Source of the DNA: Candidatus Thorarchaeota archaeon
Lineage (GTDB): Archaea; Asgardarchaeota; Thorarchaeia; Thorarchaeales; Thorarchaeaceae
Length of the DNA: 19,928 bases
Reading direction: 5' to 3'
Assembly: GCA_048882485.1 (NCBI GenBank)
Contig: JBHLRP010000054.1
Location: 1-19,928, forward strand
How positions within the stretch are numbered: position 1 is the first letter of the stretch; the number at the start of each line of letters is the position of its first letter. Below, in pieces: positions 16,418 to 19,928 of this stretch. A program made the position numbers and the translations under genes. Under the pieces are notes generated by a model. It saw only the letters and a list, made by a program, of their open reading frames with translations, was not told where the DNA came from and did no database searches.

Positions 16418-17911
16418 CTATAATGCCTCGACTAAGGCTTGGACCGACTGATACTGTGTGATAGCTGCAGCAGTCCATGCGTTCTGGAAGAATACCTTGG
16501 CCCCATCATAATCGTAATGCATTGCATCGTTCAGCTCAATGGCCTTGTCAACGTCGAATAGACCGCCAGAAAAGCCGTATGTTCCGTTGAATCCAGCAAC
16601 GTCCAACATTGCAGCCATCTGAGCAGCCCAAGACTCAACTCCAGCATCGTCAATCTTATCAGCCGCTCGTGCATCAGCAATCGCCTTCCAGCATGCCCTA
16701 AGCTCGTCATGAGCGTTGGTGAAGACAGCTTGGAAGTATGCTCTGTATGAGTAGCTGGTTATGGCTGACAACGTGTCATTGAAGTCAAATCCAGAAGCTA
16801 CGACAGCTTCTTCAGTTTCAGTGAAGACATTTTCTAGGAACGGACCCCAGAATGGATCAGCATTAGGTTCGTCAAAAGCCTCAACCATGACTGGAAGCCT
16901 AAGAGCTTCTGGGTTTGTCCAGACAGCCTGACCCTCAGCACTTAGAACGTAATCCACGAAGACCTCAGCAAGTCCTTTCTGAGTACTTGTAGAGGCAATT
17001 GCAATTGGATCTCCGTTGACAATGTTGTAGTCACCAGGGCTGATGTATACGACATTTGGATTGACATTCGTTGATTGAAAGCCATAGAAGTCAATCGTTA
17101 ATCCATAGCCAACTGCACCCTGCTCAGCTGCTTCCTTGACAGCTGAAGATCCACCATAGAATCCACCGTTTCCGACAATTCGTGCCAGAATCGACCAGCC
17201 ATCATCCCATCCATAACCTTGGGTGATAATCTCATATGCGCGTCTGACTGATGATGATGCATATGCATCTGCAACAGCAACTGTTGGCAGTATAGGTAGA
17301 TACTGAGCAAGTGTTGGACTGGCTAGATCGGTCCAATTTGCAGCAATTGTAGAGTTTGGCAAGCTATTTGCATCACAGAAGTAATCATTGACTGTGAATC
17401 CGAATCCGGAGGTGGCTGCTGACACCCACATGATATCACCATTGTCGCTCCTCTTCAAGTCAACTCCTCCATAGGTATCAGGGACTCTGGCCGCAGCGGC
17501 TATCATCCTTGAACTTGTCCATGGCTCAAGGTAACCATCGGTCATTAGGTTGTCGAATACGGTCGGTCCACCGCCCCAAATGACATCTGCCCATCCATCA
17601 TCAAGTATGGGAGGCCATAGATTGTCGAATGGATCTTGCCACTCAATGTTGGTTATACCGGCGTCTATGGCTGCGTCAGTTGCTAAGAACTCTGCTTCAT
17701 ATAAATTCTGAATAGCGACGCTATGTCTGGTAAGAATGTGTAACGTATATTCATCTCCAGGTGTGGTTGTGGTAGTTGTGGTTGTTGTTGTAGTAGTCGG
17801 ACCTGGCAATCCACCTAAGAAGACATACGTTAATCCGGCGGTTCCAATAATTGCGATTAGCAAGACTGCAACAAACGCAGTCCTAGAAACGCCTCCTGAA
17901 TATTCACTCAT
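16418..17911 (-). CDS. ABC importer substrate-binding protein (Fe3+/thiamine-type family), N-terminal membrane anchor and poly-Thr linker
   Basis: Hydrophobic N-terminal helix, Thr12 linker, then LHILTRH, DVIWGGGP, GFGFTVN, IDFYG, NGDPIAI and FVDYVLSAEGQ. First gene of the ABC operon, with AGGAGA Shine-Dalgarno upstream. Substrate cannot be determined from sequence. Confidence 0.85.
   Translation of the reverse strand: MSEYSGGVSRTAFVAVLLIAIIGTAGLTYVFLGGLPGPTTTTTTTTTTTTPGDEYTLHILTRHSVAIQNLYEAEFLATDAAIDAGITNIEWQDPFDNLWPPILDDGWADVIWGGGPTVFDNLMTDGYLEPWTSSRMIAAAARVPDTYGGVDLKRSDNGDIMWVSAATSGFGFTVNDYFCDANSLPNSTIAANWTDLASPTLAQYLPILPTVAVADAYASSSVRRAYEIITQGYGWDDGWSILARIVGNGGFYGGSSAVKEAAEQGAVGYGLTIDFYGFQSTNVNPNVVYISPGDYNIVNGDPIAIASTSTQKGLAEVFVDYVLSAEGQAVWTNPEALRLPVMVEAFDEPNADPFWGPFLENVFTETEEAVVASGFDFNDTLSAITSYSYRAYFQAVFTNAHDELRACWKAIADARAADKIDDAGVESWAAQMAAMLDVAGFNGTYGFSGGLFDVDKAIELNDAMHYDYDGAKVFFQNAWTAAAITQYQSVQALVEAL
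17762..17797 (-). repeat. ACN x12 codon repeat encoding a poly-threonine linker
   Basis: Minus strand reads ACT ACT ACA ACA ACA ACC ACA ACT ACC ACA ACC ACA, flanked by Pro/Gly. Mixed codons indicate selection at the protein level. Confidence 0.9.
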
Positions 17912-17933
17912 TTCTCTCTTTCTCCTAATACGT

Positions 17934-17990
17934 ACAGAACAAAGAGTTCAGTTCTGTGAACGAATCATTTGCCACAGCTTGTAATAAGTC
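17934..17990 (-). promoter_or_regulatory. Putative promoter (TTATTAC) and inverted-repeat operator of the ABC operon
   Basis: Minus-strand CTTATTAC at about 17981-17988. ACAGAAC-N10-GTTCTGT (17934-17957) lies where transcription would start. Confidence 0.35.
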
Positions 17991-18192
17991 CTACTGCATA
18001 TCAATCATGTAAACAGAAGGTCTTTCGTATGCAAAGGGGAGTTGGTCAAGATATTCTTGCGTCAGCTCCCTATTTTAGGAAACGCTAAAGCCCAAGCAGT
18101 CAGACCGGTCGATTTTTGATAGTCCGCATACCTTCATATTGCTTCAGACTGACTCATAATAGCTGCAAAAGTTGAGGGAGCATCGGATAGGG

Positions 18193-18819
18193 ATGTATGA
18201 TAGACTGATGCCCGATGACTACGAGAGAGAGATAGAGATAGACATTCTCAGGGCATTTGGGTGGTCCATAATTGAGTTTGAGCCAGTTCTATATCAGAAG
18301 TATCTGCATATGTCAGCTCGAAGTTCAGTTATGCTCGAGGTTGATTTCAAGAAGCAATTGCAGGAGATGCACGCAAAGGGCTTTGTGTCGCCTCTTGAGT
18401 TTCAAGGAAGGAAGGCTTGGAGGAAGCTGGTGATTGAGTCAGAGATGGAGGAGGAACTCCAAGACGAGGATGAGATTCGGGCACTCATTGAAGCGGCAAA
18501 GCGGGCTCGCCACAAGCAGAGGAGGAAGAAGAAGACTCCTCATGGTAGAATCGTGACTGAGTCCAGAATCATTGCAGAAGAGATTCTAGGCACTCTAAGG
18601 GACAAGGTGATTCGAGGGGAAATGTCAGACCAAGCTGCACGGGATATTCTAATGCAGCATATTGAAGGAATGAGACGATCTCTATTGGAATCACCTGATG
18701 AGTTCATGAAATATGTCAGAAAAAACATTCCTGGCATGAGAAAGCCCATGAAGCATATTCTGGCATCCAAGGGGGAAGATGTGCTTCTTCTAAGTCTGCG
18801 CCTGATTGGCAATGAGTGA
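18193..18819 (+). CDS. Hypothetical protein with possible N-terminal winged-helix domain, charged linker and helical C-terminal domain
   Basis: Long open frame filling the gap between the ABC operon and the prenyltransferase. ATG 18193 is preferred over TTG 18172. The pattern FKKQLQEMHAKGFVSPLEFQGRKAWRK resembles a wHTH recognition helix and wing. No family recognised. Confidence 0.7.
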   Translation: MYDRLMPDDYEREIEIDILRAFGWSIIEFEPVLYQKYLHMSARSSVMLEVDFKKQLQEMHAKGFVSPLEFQGRKAWRKLVIESEMEEELQDEDEIRALIEAAKRARHKQRRKKKTPHGRIVTESRIIAEEILGTLRDKVIRGEMSDQAARDILMQHIEGMRRSLLESPDEFMKYVRKNIPGMRKPMKHILASKGEDVLLLSLRLIGNE

Positions 18820-18823
18820 CGTT

Positions 18824-19906
18824 CTAGAATGCCCTTGTAGTAAGAAACACTGAGAGTTCTAGCAAGAACTCGAGGTATTCCGTGTCAAGTGGGGGAGAAG
18901 CATTCTTCAGGGCAGATTGCGCATCATTGAGCAAGCGATCTCTGATTCCTTCGGTGGCTTCAAGCGCACCAGACTCACGGAAGATCGTTCTGACCTTCTC
19001 AACATCTTCTCCTGTCATTCCCTCTTTCCCGAGAAGGCTTTGTAGAGTCTTCTTTTGATCAGGCTTCGCCAGTTCGAGTGCTTTTATCAAGAGCATAGTC
19101 TTCTTTGCTTCTCGAATATCCCCTTCAGCAGACTTCCCTGTCACTTCCTCATCACCGAATGATCCTAGGATGTCATCCTGCATTTGGAAGGCCTGTCCCA
19201 CCTTTGATCCAAACTCGCTAAATGCTTCGAGTTGAGAGTCACTTGCTCCTGCAACTGTGGCACCCATCTGTAGAGCTTTTTGAAAAAGTGTGGCCGTCTT
19301 TCTGTAAACCATCTCCAGGTACGTGGACTCTTCCACTGTTGGATCCTTAATCATTGTCATCTCAAGAAGAACACCTTCTACTAGATCACTGAAACCTTGC
19401 TGGTAGTAGTGTAGTAGTTTCATCCCAATCTCTGGACTCAGTCCCGATGCGTTGATTGCTTCAGCTCCAAGATTGATCAGGGAGTCGCCGCCAAGGATGG
19501 CAAGAGTCATGCCAAAGTCTGCAGCTCTCTCAGGAGTGCCCCCGAACTGATTCTTGAACCATTCACGATAGCGAGCATGAAAGGTGGGACCCCCTCGCCT
19601 TGTTTCATCGTGATCAATAAGGTCATCGTGCAATAGAGACCCATTGTGTAGAATCTCCAAGGAACATGCTGCTCGATATGGATGTTCAACCTCAATCTTT
19701 TTCTTAACTGCTTTATGAGCAACGATTAGAGCAAGAGGTCGGAGTCGTTTTCCTCCACGCATGATGTACTCCTTGATGTTGTCGTAGTATTCATCATGGA
19801 TGGCACCCATATGGGATGCTCGCTCTCTCTTCATTGATATGAACTCTTCCAGAGCCGCATTGATCTTCTCTACTTCTTCTTTCCAAATCTCCTCGAATCT
19901 GCTCAT
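18824..19906 (-). CDS. trans-Isoprenyl diphosphate synthase (polyprenyl synthetase, GGPP synthase-like; product chain length uncertain)
   Basis: Motifs GGKRLRP, first Asp-rich motif LLHDDLID..ETRRG, AILGGD, KTATLF, second Asp-rich motif FQMQDDILG and GK..EGDIREAKKT. ATG 19906 is preferred over TTG 19924. Confidence 0.92.
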   Translation of the reverse strand: MSRFEEIWKEEVEKINAALEEFISMKRERASHMGAIHDEYYDNIKEYIMRGGKRLRPLALIVAHKAVKKKIEVEHPYRAACSLEILHNGSLLHDDLIDHDETRRGGPTFHARYREWFKNQFGGTPERAADFGMTLAILGGDSLINLGAEAINASGLSPEIGMKLLHYYQQGFSDLVEGVLLEMTMIKDPTVEESTYLEMVYRKTATLFQKALQMGATVAGASDSQLEAFSEFGSKVGQAFQMQDDILGSFGDEEVTGKSAEGDIREAKKTMLLIKALELAKPDQKKTLQSLLGKEGMTGEDVEKVRTIFRESGALEATEGIRDRLLNDAQSALKNASPPLDTEYLEFLLELSVFLTTRAF

Positions 19907-19928
19907 GTGGAACCCTCTCTTCAAGCGA

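Noticed and set aside
17762-17797. Microsatellite, phase-variable repeat or CRISPR-like repeat
   Set aside because: It is an in-frame, mixed-codon poly-Thr linker with no repeat-spacer structure.
17912-18171. TPP or cobalamin riboswitch ahead of the ABC operon
   Set aside because: I could not find the conserved core sequences (for TPP, CUGAGA and the CUGAU...AGGGA elements) in the right arrangement on the minus strand.

Overview
Gene-dense archaeal chromosomal window with 15 CDSs. I saw no rRNA, tRNA, CRISPR array or mobile element. Archaeal origin is supported by PolB2, archaeosine TGT with a PUA domain, CofE and Mtr subunits. The gene mix suggests a non-methanogenic anaerobe, possibly Asgard/Thorarchaeia-like, but this is inference only. 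Gene order: polB2(+), larC(-), cofE(-), a tightly packed minus-strand C1 operon transcribed metF > mtrH-like paralog > soluble mtrA > mtrH > methanogenesis marker 14 (followed by cofE), hflX(-), tgtA(+), a three-gene Fe3+/thiamine/polyamine-class ABC importer(-), a hypothetical wHTH-like protein(+) and a trans-polyprenyl diphosphate synthase(-). The best candidate for a new system is the C1 operon. It has two divergent pterin-binding MtrH methyltransferases flanking a corrinoid protein with no membrane anchor, whose tail resembles the MtrB N-terminus. These sit with a folate-type reductase (MetF) and an ASKHA-type ATPase (Mmp14), and no membrane Mtr subunits are present. This architecture fits a soluble cobamide shuttle moving methyl groups between the tetrahydromethanopterin and tetrahydrofolate pools. 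That function is a hypothesis. All family assignments come from motif recognition; no database searches were run.
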